Position numbers and translations under genes: made by a program
Notes under the pieces: generated by a model
Seen by the model: the letters and a program-made list of their open reading frames with translations, nothing else
Database searches by the model: none
What the model was told of the DNA's origin: nothing
Shown here: piece by piece, positions 9,555 through 19,879 of the stretch
Position numbering within the stretch: position 1 is the stretch's first letter
How the letters are laid out: each line of letters begins with the position of its first letter
Assembly (NCBI GenBank): GCA_002686885.1
Contig: NYYT01000012.1
Location: forward strand, 84,161-148,160
Direction: 5' to 3'
Origin: Pedosphaera sp.
GTDB lineage: Bacteria > Verrucomicrobiota > Verrucomicrobiia > Limisphaerales > AAA164-E04
DNA length: 64,000 bases

Positions 9555-10600
9555 GCTCCTCCCTAGAGCAGCCCATTCGTGAGGCAGCATGGAAATTGGG
9601 TTTCGGGGCCTGCCAGTTCACTCATGCTGGCCAGCCGGACCGTTTCAGTGCTTACCAAAAATGGATTCAGGACGGCATGCATGGGGAAATGAGCTATTTG
9701 GATCGACATCAGGAGAAAAAGGGAGACCTCCAAAAAGTCCTTCCGGGAATGAAGTCGGTCATCACTCTGGCGACTTCGTATCTTCCACCAGAAAGTTCAG
9801 CACCTCACCCTGAGACATTCACCGGCAAGGTGGCTCGATATGCCCGGTTTGAGGATTATCACCATGTGCTGGAAGCGCCCTTGAAGGCGCTTTGCAAGGA
9901 ACTTGAAACCCTTGGAGGCAAGGGGCACACCCATCTTTATTACGTCGATACCGGCCCCATCATGGAGCGGGACCTCGCCCAGAGGGCTGGGTTGGGGTTC
10001 ACGGGCAAGCATACCAATCTCATTTCCCGTAAGCTGGGCAACTGGTTTTTTATTTCCGAGATACTCACCACCCTCAAACTGATACCGGACAAACCGGAGC
10101 CCAATCGCTGCGGTCATTGTGCACGTTGTTTGGAGGCCTGCCCGACCGAGGCGATCACCGAACCCTTCAAACTGGACGCACGTCGCTGCATCTCTTACTG
10201 GACCATCGAATACAAAGGTTCCATCCCCATGGAAATGCGACCGCTGATCGGCGACCGGGTCTTTGGCTGTGACGATTGCCTGGAAGTCTGCCCCTGGAAT
10301 CGTTTCGCGAAGGAAAGCGAACGTATGAAACCCGTCTACCTCGAGAGACTGCATCAACCCGATTTGTTGGAGTGGCTGGAGCTGGATGATGAGGGGTTTA
10401 AGCAAAAGTTTCGAGGAACGCCCATGATACGAACCAAACGTCGCGGCCTTTTGCGCAACGTCTGTGTGGCACTAGGCAACACGGCCAATGCACAAGCCCT
10501 GCCCGCCCTTGAAAAAGCTCGGCAAGACCCCAATGGCCTGATTGCCGAACATGCACGGTGGGCGATCGACCAAATCAAAAAGCGATTAAATTCGCGTTGA
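9551..10600 (+). CDS. queG: epoxyqueuosine reductase (tRNA queuosine biosynthesis)
   Basis: Two ferredoxin-type clusters (CGHCARCLEACP, CDDCLEVCPWN) plus C-terminal HEAT-like repeats. I place the start at the ATG at 9551, which forms an ATGA overlap with the aroK stop (9552-9554). The ORF-track start at 9476 would overlap aroK by 79 nt. Confidence 0.88.
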   Translation: MSSSLEQPIREAAWKLGFGACQFTHAGQPDRFSAYQKWIQDGMHGEMSYLDRHQEKKGDLQKVLPGMKSVITLATSYLPPESSAPHPETFTGKVARYARFEDYHHVLEAPLKALCKELETLGGKGHTHLYYVDTGPIMERDLAQRAGLGFTGKHTNLISRKLGNWFFISEILTTLKLIPDKPEPNRCGHCARCLEACPTEAITEPFKLDARRCISYWTIEYKGSIPMEMRPLIGDRVFGCDDCLEVCPWNRFAKESERMKPVYLERLHQPDLLEWLELDDEGFKQKFRGTPMIRTKRRGLLRNVCVALGNTANAQALPALEKARQDPNGLIAEHARWAIDQIKKRLNSR

Positions 10601-10631
10601 GTTGGGATCCGCTTGGGCCTAAGGTGGAGTC

Positions 10632-11036
10632 ATGGCTGAATTCGTCCGATTCGTGAACAATGGTGCTTCCCTCATCACACCGGCCGTTGTCGAGAAGGTG
10701 ATCCGACAACTACCCGTCTGGAAAGCAGAATTCACCCAAATAGAGGCACCTAAATACCCTCATTTGATCGACCAGCTGGAGTTTCTGGCCAACGCCGTGG
10801 AGGACACCTACGAGGGTGCCTACAACGAGCTCCCCTACTTCGCCCTTGCCGAGGCTGTTTTTGCCCTGACCTACGCCCATCGGAAAGTCGATATCATTCC
10901 TGATTCGATCGTGGATCTAGGACATGCGGACGATTCGAGTGTGGTCCGGGCGGTCATCCTTCAAAACGAGCGTGCCTTAGAAAAATACGCCCGAGCCCAG
11001 GGCGTTGATTGGAAAACCATCACAGCCGAGCCCTAA
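10632..11036 (+). CDS. small conserved hypothetical protein (DUF1232/YkvA-like motif)
   Basis: The DIIPDSIVDLGHADDSSVV segment resembles the D(L/I)IPDxIPxxGxxDD core of DUF1232. No clear TM helix. Its stop overlaps the glgB stop convergently. Confidence 0.4.
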   Translation: MAEFVRFVNNGASLITPAVVEKVIRQLPVWKAEFTQIEAPKYPHLIDQLEFLANAVEDTYEGAYNELPYFALAEAVFALTYAHRKVDIIPDSIVDLGHADDSSVVRAVILQNERALEKYARAQGVDWKTITAEP

Positions 11037-13006
11037 ACACTGCCGGCATCATCACTTCCGGCATGGGGCGCACCCCCAGCAGTCTCAGGGCTGGGGACAT
11101 ATTTGAGGAAGTGAACACCCAATGGAGCCAGAGAGAGTAAAAGGCTGTTGGATCGCCAATTCCACCCTTGGTCACTTGTGTGAATGGCCCCCAAGTTTCC
11201 TACGCCACTCCCTCCGTAGTGTGATGAATCGCTGTTGAGGCACTCCTGCCAAAGCCCTGCATGCTGCACCCCCACACGGTATTGATGTCGGGCCACTGGA
11301 GTGTAATTGAAGACCACCAGAACAGCTTCTCCCGTATCGGGGTCCTGCCTCTGCCAACTGATCACGCTTTCATCGGCATTATCGCAATCCACCCACTCAA
11401 ATCCCTGTGATGAGCAATCATTCCGATGCAGCACTTTTTCCTGACGGTAAAAGCGATTGAGATCGGAGACCCATCGCATCAAACCCCGATGCGACTCCAT
11501 GTCCAGCAAGTGCCAATCCAGGCTCGTGTCATGATTCCACTCCCTCCGTTGACCAAACTCACCTCCCATGAAGATGAGTTTCTTTCCGGGCTGCGCAAAA
11601 AGATTCCCGAAGAGCATCCTTAAATTGGCAAATTGCTGCCAGGCATCACCTGGCATCTTGTCAATCAGGGAACCCTTTCCGTGAACCACTTCATCATGCG
11701 AAAGGGGCAACATGTAGTTTTCAGAGAAGGCGTAAAGACCACGAAAAGTCAGCTGATGGTGGTGATGCTTCCGGTAGACCGGATCGCGTGAGAGATATTC
11801 CAGTGTATCATGCATCCATCCCATGTCCCACTTGTAGCCAAACCCAAGACCTCCAAGATACAGGGGGCGGGAAACCAGGGGCCACGCGGTCGACTCCTCG
11901 GCGATCATCTGTATGGATGGAAAGGCATGGTAGACTTCCTTGTTCAAGCACTGAAGAAACTCAATGGCTTCCAGATTTTCATTCCCTCCATATCGGTTGG
12001 GAATCCACTCCCCTTCCTTACGGGAGTAATCCAGGTAAAGCATTGAAGCGACTGCGTCCACCCTCAATCCATCCAGATGAAAATGGTCCAACCAGAAAAA
12101 GGCACTGCTGATGAGGAAACTCCGAACTTCATGCCTGCCATAATTGAAAATCGAACTTTTCCAATCAGGATGAAATCCCTGCCTTGGATCCGCGTGTTCA
12201 TAAAGGTGCGTACCATCAAAGAAGCCAAGACCATGGGCATCGCTTGGAAAGTGAGAGGGTACCCAGTCGAGGATCACGCCAATGTCATTCTGGTGAAGGG
12301 CATCGACCAGAAAGGCAAAATCCGATGGCCCTCCATAGCGACTGGTTGGAGCAAAGAAACCCGTACTCTGATAACCCCATGAACCATAAAAGGGGTGCTC
12401 CATGACAGGAAGGAATTCCACATGGGTGAAACCCATGGCCAACACATGCTCCACCAGCATGGGAGCGATTTCCCGATAGGAGAGATGCCTTTCGGGTTCG
12501 GAAGGATCACGCTTCCAGGACCCAAGGTGGACTTCATACACGCTCATCGGGCTTTGGTGTGAGGCATGCTGCATCCGCTGATCCAGCCATGCCTGATCTT
12601 TCCAGGCATGGTCCATGGATGTCACCAGGGAATGCGCATCCGGAGGCAGCGCATGCTGGCGGGCAAAAGGATCCGCTTTCTCAACATGATGGCCGTTCAA
12701 AGCGGATTGAATATGGTATTTATAGGCGGCTCCCGCCTGAACTCCTTCGACAAAAAGCTCCCACAATCCTGATTCACCACAACGAGCCATGGCATGCTGC
12801 GACCGGGACCATTGATTGAAGCTTCCCATGACATGCACCTGCCGTGCATTGGGGGCCCACAAGGCAAAATAAACCCCCGATCGTCCATCCTGCTCAGTCA
12901 GGTGACTACCCAGTTTTTCGTAAAGCCGGAAGTGCCTCCCCTCGTTGAACAGGTGCAGGTCATCATTGGTCAGTCGACAGGATGGAGTTGGTTGCGAATC
13001 GGACAT
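11033..13006 (-). CDS. glgB: 1,4-alpha-glucan branching enzyme
   Basis: GH13 branching-enzyme motifs (DWVPSHF, GLRVDAVASMLY, AEESTAWP, LSHDEVVHGK). Start placed at MSDSQ (13006), which leaves 28 nt after glgC. The ORF-track start is 13084. Confidence 0.93.
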   Translation of the reverse strand: MSDSQPTPSCRLTNDDLHLFNEGRHFRLYEKLGSHLTEQDGRSGVYFALWAPNARQVHVMGSFNQWSRSQHAMARCGESGLWELFVEGVQAGAAYKYHIQSALNGHHVEKADPFARQHALPPDAHSLVTSMDHAWKDQAWLDQRMQHASHQSPMSVYEVHLGSWKRDPSEPERHLSYREIAPMLVEHVLAMGFTHVEFLPVMEHPFYGSWGYQSTGFFAPTSRYGGPSDFAFLVDALHQNDIGVILDWVPSHFPSDAHGLGFFDGTHLYEHADPRQGFHPDWKSSIFNYGRHEVRSFLISSAFFWLDHFHLDGLRVDAVASMLYLDYSRKEGEWIPNRYGGNENLEAIEFLQCLNKEVYHAFPSIQMIAEESTAWPLVSRPLYLGGLGFGYKWDMGWMHDTLEYLSRDPVYRKHHHHQLTFRGLYAFSENYMLPLSHDEVVHGKGSLIDKMPGDAWQQFANLRMLFGNLFAQPGKKLIFMGGEFGQRREWNHDTSLDWHLLDMESHRGLMRWVSDLNRFYRQEKVLHRNDCSSQGFEWVDCDNADESVISWQRQDPDTGEAVLVVFNYTPVARHQYRVGVQHAGLWQECLNSDSSHYGGSGVGNLGAIHTSDQGWNWRSNSLLLSLAPLGVHFLKYVPSPETAGGAPHAGSDDAGSV

Positions 13007-13034
13007 GGCCCGGTTAACTGGCGAAAGGCACGCG

Positions 13035-14348
13035 TCAAATGACCGTGTTATCCGGCACAATGGCGTTTTTAGGGATGATGACAATGCCGTCTCTCATGTG
13101 GTAGAGCTCATGATCCATGTCCTGAGGTTTACCATCCGGAGTGATCTGACAGTTTTTTCCGATCCTGGCATTTTTGTCGATGATGGCATGGCGCACGGTG
13201 GTTCCACTTCCTATGCCGATTCTTGGACAGCCTTGGACCTCGGACTGCTCGATGGAATCCTGACTCTCGTAGAAATCCCCCCCCATCATCACAACCTCTT
13301 CCAGGTCTGCGTCAGCCCCAACAATGCTGCGGATCCCCAACATGCAATCCTTGAGACGGGCTCCCTGCACGATACAACCGTCGGAGAGAAGACTGTGCGC
13401 AATATGCCCTCCATTAACCTTGCTTGCGGGTAAAAATCGAGGGCGGGTAAAAACAGGAGACTGCATGTCAAAGAAGTTGAACTTTGGAACGAGCGATGTC
13501 AGATCGAGATTTGCCTCGAAAAAGGCCTTGATGGTTCCCACATCTTCCCAGTAGCCCTGAAACACATAGGAGGAGAGCTTGTGAGTCTGAATGGCACCTG
13601 GAATGATGTGCTTGCCGAAATCAGTCTGGGCATTATCCAGCAACTCAAGAATGGTTTTACGGTTGAATATGTAGATTCCCATGGAGGCCAGCCACAGATC
13701 TTTGTCGGAAGAAATATTCAATCGTTCATACCAGGTTTTGGGCAGCTGAAGGGCCTTTTGTAGCTCAGGATCCTTGGGTTTCTCCTCGAATCTTGTAATT
13801 TCGTATGCATCGTTCATCTGCATGATCCCCAACCCGGCCACCGAGTCCTGCTCGACCGGGATCGTGGCCACGGTGAGATCGGCTTCTGTTTGGATGTGAT
13901 GGGCAAGCATTTGGAGGTAATCCATGCGATAAAGCTGATCGCCACTCAGAATCACCAGATATTCGAAGGGCTGGCTAGTCAGATGCACCAGATTCTTGCG
14001 CACGGCATCAGCCGTGCCTTCATACCATGAGGTGCTGGTCGGCGTCTGTTCCGCTGCCAGAATTTCCACAAAACCTCGGGAAAAATGATCAAATTTGTAG
14101 GACTGGGAGATATGTCGATGCAGGCTGGCGGATAAAAACTGCGTCATGACAAACACACGATGAAGCCCCGAATTGATGCAGTTGGAAATAGGAACATCCA
14201 CCAAGCGATATTTGCCCCCAAGTGGCACCGCAGGCTTGCTGCGCTCCTTGGTTAAAGGAAAGAGACGAGTACCTGCCCCACCTCCCAGAATCACGCTTAG
14301 GACGTTTCTGGAGAGGAAGGAGGCGGAAAAAATCGGATTGGATGCCAT
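13035..14348 (-). CDS. glgC: glucose-1-phosphate adenylyltransferase
   Basis: ILGGGAGTRLFPLTKERSKPAVPLGGKYRLVDVPISNCINSG signature and a C-terminal left-handed beta-helix region. Start placed at MASNPIF (14348). The ORF-track start at 14456 adds an implausible hydrophobic extension. Confidence 0.93.
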   Translation of the reverse strand: MASNPIFSASFLSRNVLSVILGGGAGTRLFPLTKERSKPAVPLGGKYRLVDVPISNCINSGLHRVFVMTQFLSASLHRHISQSYKFDHFSRGFVEILAAEQTPTSTSWYEGTADAVRKNLVHLTSQPFEYLVILSGDQLYRMDYLQMLAHHIQTEADLTVATIPVEQDSVAGLGIMQMNDAYEITRFEEKPKDPELQKALQLPKTWYERLNISSDKDLWLASMGIYIFNRKTILELLDNAQTDFGKHIIPGAIQTHKLSSYVFQGYWEDVGTIKAFFEANLDLTSLVPKFNFFDMQSPVFTRPRFLPASKVNGGHIAHSLLSDGCIVQGARLKDCMLGIRSIVGADADLEEVVMMGGDFYESQDSIEQSEVQGCPRIGIGSGTTVRHAIIDKNARIGKNCQITPDGKPQDMDHELYHMRDGIVIIPKNAIVPDNTVI

Positions 14349-14472
14349 AGGGTGTCGTTGAATACGTTGGACCGTTGACCCATAGACTAATAAAAACCAT
14401 GAAAAAACCACAAGCAGCAAAGACTTCGAACGATGCTTGCAGCCTTGGAGGTTCATGAGCCACTCTTAACAC

Positions 14473-15144
14473 ATGACTTCCAAACGAGTCATCATCACCG
14501 CAGGTCCCACCTCCGAACCGATTGATCAGGTTCGCAGGCTGACCAATCATTCCACCGGTTCACTGGGCAGTCAACTTGCAGAGCGCTGCCGTGAAGAGGG
14601 GTATGAAGTGGTGATGCTTCGAAGTCGTCATTGCGTGGTTCCTCCACCTCGAGGGTTGGATCAAGTCATTCCTTTTGAAACGACCGATGATCTGCTGGCA
14701 CGACTCAAGGAGCTTTCCAAATTTCCTGCATGTGCCCTCTTTCATGCGGCAGCGGTAAGTGACTTCAAACCCGGAGGCATTTTTGTTGAAGGCGAAGGTG
14801 GATGGAATGCACTGAGCGAAGGAAAAGTCAGTAGCCGACAGGAACAGGTAATGCTCCGACTGGTTCCCACCTCCAAGATCATTGCTCAGCTTCGGAGCTG
14901 GTTTCCCAATGCCTGCCTGGTGGGCTGGAAATATGAGGTGGAAGGCACCTGCCAGGAATTGGCTCAAAAGGCCATGCACCAGCTCTCACAATGTCAGACG
15001 CATTATTGCGTGCTCAACGGGCCTTGCATCGGTGATACCTATCGGGTGTTTGAAAAGGATCTGACCCATCCCGCAGAGCTGATTGACAAAGACCGTCTCT
15101 GTGAGCACCTGATTCATTGCCTCTCCAAATTCACAGGCGCGTGA
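14473..15144 (+). CDS. coaB: stand-alone phosphopantothenate-cysteine ligase (CoaB-domain) protein
   Basis: ITAGPTSEPIDQVRRLTNHSTGSLG and AAAVSDFKP match the CoaB half of bacterial CoaBC (Dfp). No CoaC flavoprotein domain is fused or adjacent. Confidence 0.75.
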   Translation: MTSKRVIITAGPTSEPIDQVRRLTNHSTGSLGSQLAERCREEGYEVVMLRSRHCVVPPPRGLDQVIPFETTDDLLARLKELSKFPACALFHAAAVSDFKPGGIFVEGEGGWNALSEGKVSSRQEQVMLRLVPTSKIIAQLRSWFPNACLVGWKYEVEGTCQELAQKAMHQLSQCQTHYCVLNGPCIGDTYRVFEKDLTHPAELIDKDRLCEHLIHCLSKFTGA

Positions 15145-15156
15145 GCAAGGAATGCC

Positions 15157-16926
15157 TCACATGGAATCGGGTGTCTCGATCCCCAGGAGCTCAAGGCCCT
15201 TGTTGAGGACACGGCGAGTCAACAAACAGAGCAACAGGCGACTGGCGCGCAGCTGGCCTTCGGATTTGAGAACGGGACAATGTTCGTAGAAGGCCGTGTA
15301 ACATCCAGCAAGCTCATACAGGTAATTGCAGAGAAAATTCGGACGATGGTCTTCCAAAACCGATTCAAGGATCAGGCCAAAATGAATCAACTTGCGAGCC
15401 AGGATTCCTTCCTGCTTCTCTTCCATGACAAGTTGGAGGGCCCCTTGGCTCCACTGGGCAAGGAAAGCCTCCTCGTTCAAATCAGCCTTCTTGAAAATAC
15501 TTCGAATACGGGTTGAAGCGTATTGCAGATAGGGCGCGGTGTTGCCACTCAGGGAGAGCATCTTATCCCAATCAAACACATAATCGGTCTGTCGGTTGGG
15601 GAGCAAATCAGCATATTTGACAGCTCCAATACCAATGATTCGGGCAATCTCCCTGGCGCTGTCTTCTGCTAAATCCGGGCTCTTGGCGCGGACCGCTTTC
15701 AATGCACGCTCCTCAGCCTCATCCAGAAGATCGTTGAGCTTGACCGTATCCCCGGAGCGGGTCTTGAAAGGTTTACCGTCAGGACCCAAAATACTCCCGA
15801 ACCAAGTGTGGGAGAGTTGGATACCGGACTCAGGCTGCCATCGCTTGAAAATTTGAAACAGCTGTTTGAAGTGGAGCTGTTGCCTTCCATCGGTGACGTA
15901 GATGATTTCATGGGGTTCCCAGCTCTTACGTCGATAATCGAGCGTCGCAAGGTCCGTCGTGGTGTAATTGGCACCGCCATCCTTTTTAAGGATCAGCGCA
16001 GGGTGATCCTCCAATTCCGGAATCCCTTGAAAAAAGACAACCTTGGCGCCCTGACTTTCGACAGCAAGACCCTGATCTATCAGCTCACTGACCACCGCAG
16101 GCAGTTGATCGTTGTAGAAACTCTCTCCCAATGTGTGATCAAACTGCACCTGAAGGCGTGCGTAGACTTGATCGAATTGGACTCGTGAAACCTCCTGCAT
16201 TTCCTTCCATATGGAAAGATTGGTGGAATCGCCCCGCTGCAATGCCACCAATTCCTGGCGCGCCTCTTCCAAGGTAGTCGGCTCCTCTTCACAGGCCTTG
16301 TTCACCAGGCGGTAAAGCCGTTCCAATTCTCCAAGTGCGTCCGTTGCCAGCGCATCTCGATCCAAGTGGTTCTTCCAACCCACCAGCAACTTACCGAATT
16401 GTGTTCCCCAATCGCCGATATGATTGTCGGTGATCACCTCGTGGCCGAGGAATCGCGATACCCTTGCCAAGCAGTCCCCCAAAATGGTCGAACGGATGTG
16501 CCCCACATGCATGGGCTTGGCCACATTGGGCGAACTGAAATCGATCACCACCCGTTTGGGGCTTGTCACAGGTTGGGTAAAAGCCTGTCCGGATACAGCG
16601 GCTTGAAGAAGAGCTCGGGAGACAGCTTCCGACTTGAGCCGAATATTGATGAAACCAGGTCCAGCCAATTCCGGGTCATGAGCCACTTCGGAAATATCGA
16701 GATGGCCCAACACTTCTTCCGCAGCCTTTCTGGGATTGAGCTTGAGCCGCTTGGCAATCGCCATGACCGACGTGCACTGGTAATCGCCAAAGGCAGCATT
16801 GGTGCAAATCTGAAGACGGATGAGACGCAAATCCACGTCGGGAAAAACCGCCTGGATGGCCTCCTGAAGACGGGTTTCAATCCATTTGGTCAATACCACG
16901 GTAGAAACATCCTCAGTTTGGCTCAT
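15157..16926 (-). CDS. argS: arginine-tRNA ligase
   Basis: Class I HIGH-type motif (SPNVAKPMHVGHIRS), HIGDWGTQFG, and a C-terminal DALR anticodon-binding region. Confidence 0.95.
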   Translation of the reverse strand: MSQTEDVSTVVLTKWIETRLQEAIQAVFPDVDLRLIRLQICTNAAFGDYQCTSVMAIAKRLKLNPRKAAEEVLGHLDISEVAHDPELAGPGFINIRLKSEAVSRALLQAAVSGQAFTQPVTSPKRVVIDFSSPNVAKPMHVGHIRSTILGDCLARVSRFLGHEVITDNHIGDWGTQFGKLLVGWKNHLDRDALATDALGELERLYRLVNKACEEEPTTLEEARQELVALQRGDSTNLSIWKEMQEVSRVQFDQVYARLQVQFDHTLGESFYNDQLPAVVSELIDQGLAVESQGAKVVFFQGIPELEDHPALILKKDGGANYTTTDLATLDYRRKSWEPHEIIYVTDGRQQLHFKQLFQIFKRWQPESGIQLSHTWFGSILGPDGKPFKTRSGDTVKLNDLLDEAEERALKAVRAKSPDLAEDSAREIARIIGIGAVKYADLLPNRQTDYVFDWDKMLSLSGNTAPYLQYASTRIRSIFKKADLNEEAFLAQWSQGALQLVMEEKQEGILARKLIHFGLILESVLEDHRPNFLCNYLYELAGCYTAFYEHCPVLKSEGQLRASRLLLCLLTRRVLNKGLELLGIETPDSM

Positions 16927-16956
16927 AGAGAAGTAGCAGAAGGATCCAGAGCCCTC

Positions 16957-17469
16957 TCAGGAGGGCGATCCGGCCTGTTGCTTGAAGAGCGTTTCCATGG
17001 CATCAGCATCACTGGCTTGCTCCAGGGACTGTCGGAAATCATTGTTATGGAGTATTTTTGCAATGTTGGCCAGCGTGTGGAGATGTTTCTGAAATTGCCC
17101 TTGAGGGACCAAGAAGAGCATCACCAGGTTGACAGGTTTGTTGTCTAGGGCATCAAAGTTGACCCCTGCCTGAGAACGGCCAAAGGCCCCAACCACATCA
17201 TAAATCAAATCGGTCGAAGCATGAGGAATGCCCACCCCGAAACCAATTCCCGTGCTCATGCTGGATTCACGCTTCTTGACGACATTGGCAATGGATTCAC
17301 GATCAGCTGGGCGAATCTTGTTGCATGAAACAAGTAAATCGATCAATTCCTCAATCGCCTCCCAACGCGTGGTGGCCTTCATCGAAGGAATGATCTGGTC
17401 TTTGGTAAGTATTTCGCCCAGCAACATACGCTTTAACAAATTTGGCTGCCTATTTCGCAATAGAATCAC
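16957..17469 (-). CDS. ptsN: PTS EIIA(Ntr)-like regulatory protein
   Basis: EIIA fructose/nitrogen-type fold signature with a phosphorylatable His in GIGFGVGIPHAS. The start could alternatively be the internal ATG at 17427. Confidence 0.7.
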   Translation of the reverse strand: MILLRNRQPNLLKRMLLGEILTKDQIIPSMKATTRWEAIEELIDLLVSCNKIRPADRESIANVVKKRESSMSTGIGFGVGIPHASTDLIYDVVGAFGRSQAGVNFDALDNKPVNLVMLFLVPQGQFQKHLHTLANIAKILHNNDFRQSLEQASDADAMETLFKQQAGSPS

Positions 17470-17488
17470 TGGCTTTTCAAGACCGAAT

Positions 17489-19879
17489 TCAAAAGCCCCT
17501 CATACTCCCCAACAGATTCAATGCCGGAGAATAGCCTGGCTGGATTTGAAGAGCCCTCTCGGCAACTCGCCGGGCTTCCTCCATGCGCCCCAAATTGAGA
17601 AGAATCGTGGATCGGGCATAAGGGATTTCAGGATCAAAAGGGTTGGCGGATTCCGCGCGAATCAAACTCTTCAACGCCTCCTCCTTCTGACCCTTGCCAT
17701 TTTGAGCCAGGCCCAGGTTGTACCATGCACGACTGTGGCCGGGATCCACCCTCACAGCCTCTTCCAATGCGCGCATGACTTCCTGCTGATTCCCCATTTC
17801 ATTCCAGGCCAAAGCCAGTTTGTAGAAATACTCCCCTTCTTCGGGGTCCAGTCGACAGGCCTCCTGCATTTCCTTGAGTGCTCGACCGGCATCGCCGCTC
17901 ATGCTGCAAACCACTGCCAGTTCATGACGCAGCGGAGCACTGTTGGGATCCCAATCCACCGCCTTTTGATAACGTTTGAGCGCCTCGGGTAAATCTCCTC
18001 TGGCAAGGTGAAAGGCTCCTTTCTGCATTTGGCCTGAAGGTTGATCCAAATGGAGATTGAGAAAATGTTCCAGCTCCTGCCCCGCAAGGGAACCGGATCG
18101 GACTTCGCCTCTCAGAGACCATGCGGCATTGACCCTGACACTGCGAATGGGGTCCTCCAACTGCCGTTCAAGAGCGGCGATGACCTCGCGGTGGTCCGCC
18201 TGGGCGGCAGGCCCCATGGCGATGGCCGTTTGGGATCGTACCAAGGCATCCTCATGACGCGATGCTTCCACCAGAGCTTCGCTGACTTCATCCTCAAACC
18301 ACCAGATATCCAACATGCGAGCAGCAACTGACTTCCAGAACGCAGTGGTTTGATCATCTTTCAGCATGGCCAGCATGGGTCGGTGCGAACCCTCTTTGGA
18401 AGTGCGGGCAGCAGCCATCCAACGTGCTCTCTGTCGGGTCGGGCGATCCATGCGATCTCCATACCATCGCTCGGTCGCCTCAATCGCCCAGTCAGTGGTC
18501 TGATCCTCGTGACAACGATTGCAAGCGTTGGGCACCCCAAGCTCCTGAGTCAACAAAGGATCAGGTATGGTGAAACCGTGGTCGCGTCGGGGATGACGCT
18601 GCATGTAGGTGGTTTGAGGCATGTGGCAATCCACGCAGCGACCCCCCGGGGTTTCATTGGGGTGGAACATGTGTTGATCCGGTTGGATGACCGGTGAACC
18701 TGGATAACCGCCTGAATGACAGCGCATGCAAAGTGCATTACCCGGCAGAATGGTCTTGTTGGAATGAGGATCATGACAATCCAGGCAGTGGACCCCCGCA
18801 TGGTGCATCCTGCTGCTCAAAAAGGAGGTGAAGACATAGTTTTCTTCCCGGACCTGCCCATCAGGGTAGTAGATATCCGAGGCATCGGGAACCACCAGCG
18901 AGTAATGATCCAAAAAGGGTTCACCGGGTGCAAAATCACCCGTCAGTTCGGTGCGCCTGGAATGACAAGATCCACAGGTGTGAAGCACTTGATCCGCGTC
19001 ACGCTTGCCAAGAGGCACTTCGGGTGGACTTTCTCCAGGTGGCGGATTGCGATAAAACTCGACATGCTTTTTCAATGGACCATGACAGGATTCACACCCA
19101 ACGGACATTTCCGCCATGGTGGTATGATAGCTGTCGGTTGATGCTTCATAATTTTTGCGGAGTCGGGTATTGTGACAGCCTGCACACATGCTGTTCCAGT
19201 TCATGCCCCGGCCGGTCCAATGACCCCACTCTCCTGCAGCGCGATCCTCTTCTCCGTAGACATTGAACCAATCTTGCTGATGAGGGTCCCAGGAGAGATC
19301 CACGGCCTGCATGCGCCCTTGGCCCTGGTCCACCAGAAATTGTCTCAAGGGATCATGTCCGATGACTCGCTCTACAGCGTGCGGACGGTTGGTGCGTCCC
19401 ACTCCTTGGGTTTGGATTCGGTAGGACTCACCTTCTGCAGACACTTGGGATGCCACCGAACCAATATCAAAACTCTTGCTCGGCTCAAAAGCTTTCTGGT
19501 CCACCGAGGGATGAGGAAGTCGCTCCGCCATGCCATGATTGGAGGGTTGCCACTTGTCGAAGACGTCCTGATGACAGTCCACGCAACTGGAGGAGCCAGC
19601 ATATTGGGCAAAGACCGACGCATCGCTCTGTTGGAGACGATCCATGCTTGCAGGTGGCAGGCTGGAATCACCCAGGTCAAGGTGGGCCTTGGAAGCGTCC
19701 TGGGAAACGACCAGAGGCTTCTCAGAGAGATCCTCCTCGCTGGCGAATTTCCACCAAAGACCCAGGCAGATCAAAACCGTCAGACTCAAGATCATCCCCC
19801 CACCCAAACCTGCCCGGCCATCGGAGCTGGAAGGAGCTTGAGGCTGTTTGGATTTGGATTGCGACCGAGGCTTTGCCAT
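17489..19879 (-). CDS. membrane-anchored octahaem c-type cytochrome fused to HEAT-like and TPR repeats
   Basis: N-terminal TM helix (MILSLTVLICLGLWW). Eight CxxCH motifs (CVDCH, CAGCH, CESCH, CGSCH, CLDCH, CMRCH, CVDCH, CNRCH). The C-terminal ~330 aa is helical repeats with clear TPR units. Confidence 0.8.
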   Translation of the reverse strand: MAKPRSQSKSKQPQAPSSSDGRAGLGGGMILSLTVLICLGLWWKFASEEDLSEKPLVVSQDASKAHLDLGDSSLPPASMDRLQQSDASVFAQYAGSSSCVDCHQDVFDKWQPSNHGMAERLPHPSVDQKAFEPSKSFDIGSVASQVSAEGESYRIQTQGVGRTNRPHAVERVIGHDPLRQFLVDQGQGRMQAVDLSWDPHQQDWFNVYGEEDRAAGEWGHWTGRGMNWNSMCAGCHNTRLRKNYEASTDSYHTTMAEMSVGCESCHGPLKKHVEFYRNPPPGESPPEVPLGKRDADQVLHTCGSCHSRRTELTGDFAPGEPFLDHYSLVVPDASDIYYPDGQVREENYVFTSFLSSRMHHAGVHCLDCHDPHSNKTILPGNALCMRCHSGGYPGSPVIQPDQHMFHPNETPGGRCVDCHMPQTTYMQRHPRRDHGFTIPDPLLTQELGVPNACNRCHEDQTTDWAIEATERWYGDRMDRPTRQRARWMAAARTSKEGSHRPMLAMLKDDQTTAFWKSVAARMLDIWWFEDEVSEALVEASRHEDALVRSQTAIAMGPAAQADHREVIAALERQLEDPIRSVRVNAAWSLRGEVRSGSLAGQELEHFLNLHLDQPSGQMQKGAFHLARGDLPEALKRYQKAVDWDPNSAPLRHELAVVCSMSGDAGRALKEMQEACRLDPEEGEYFYKLALAWNEMGNQQEVMRALEEAVRVDPGHSRAWYNLGLAQNGKGQKEEALKSLIRAESANPFDPEIPYARSTILLNLGRMEEARRVAERALQIQPGYSPALNLLGSMRGF

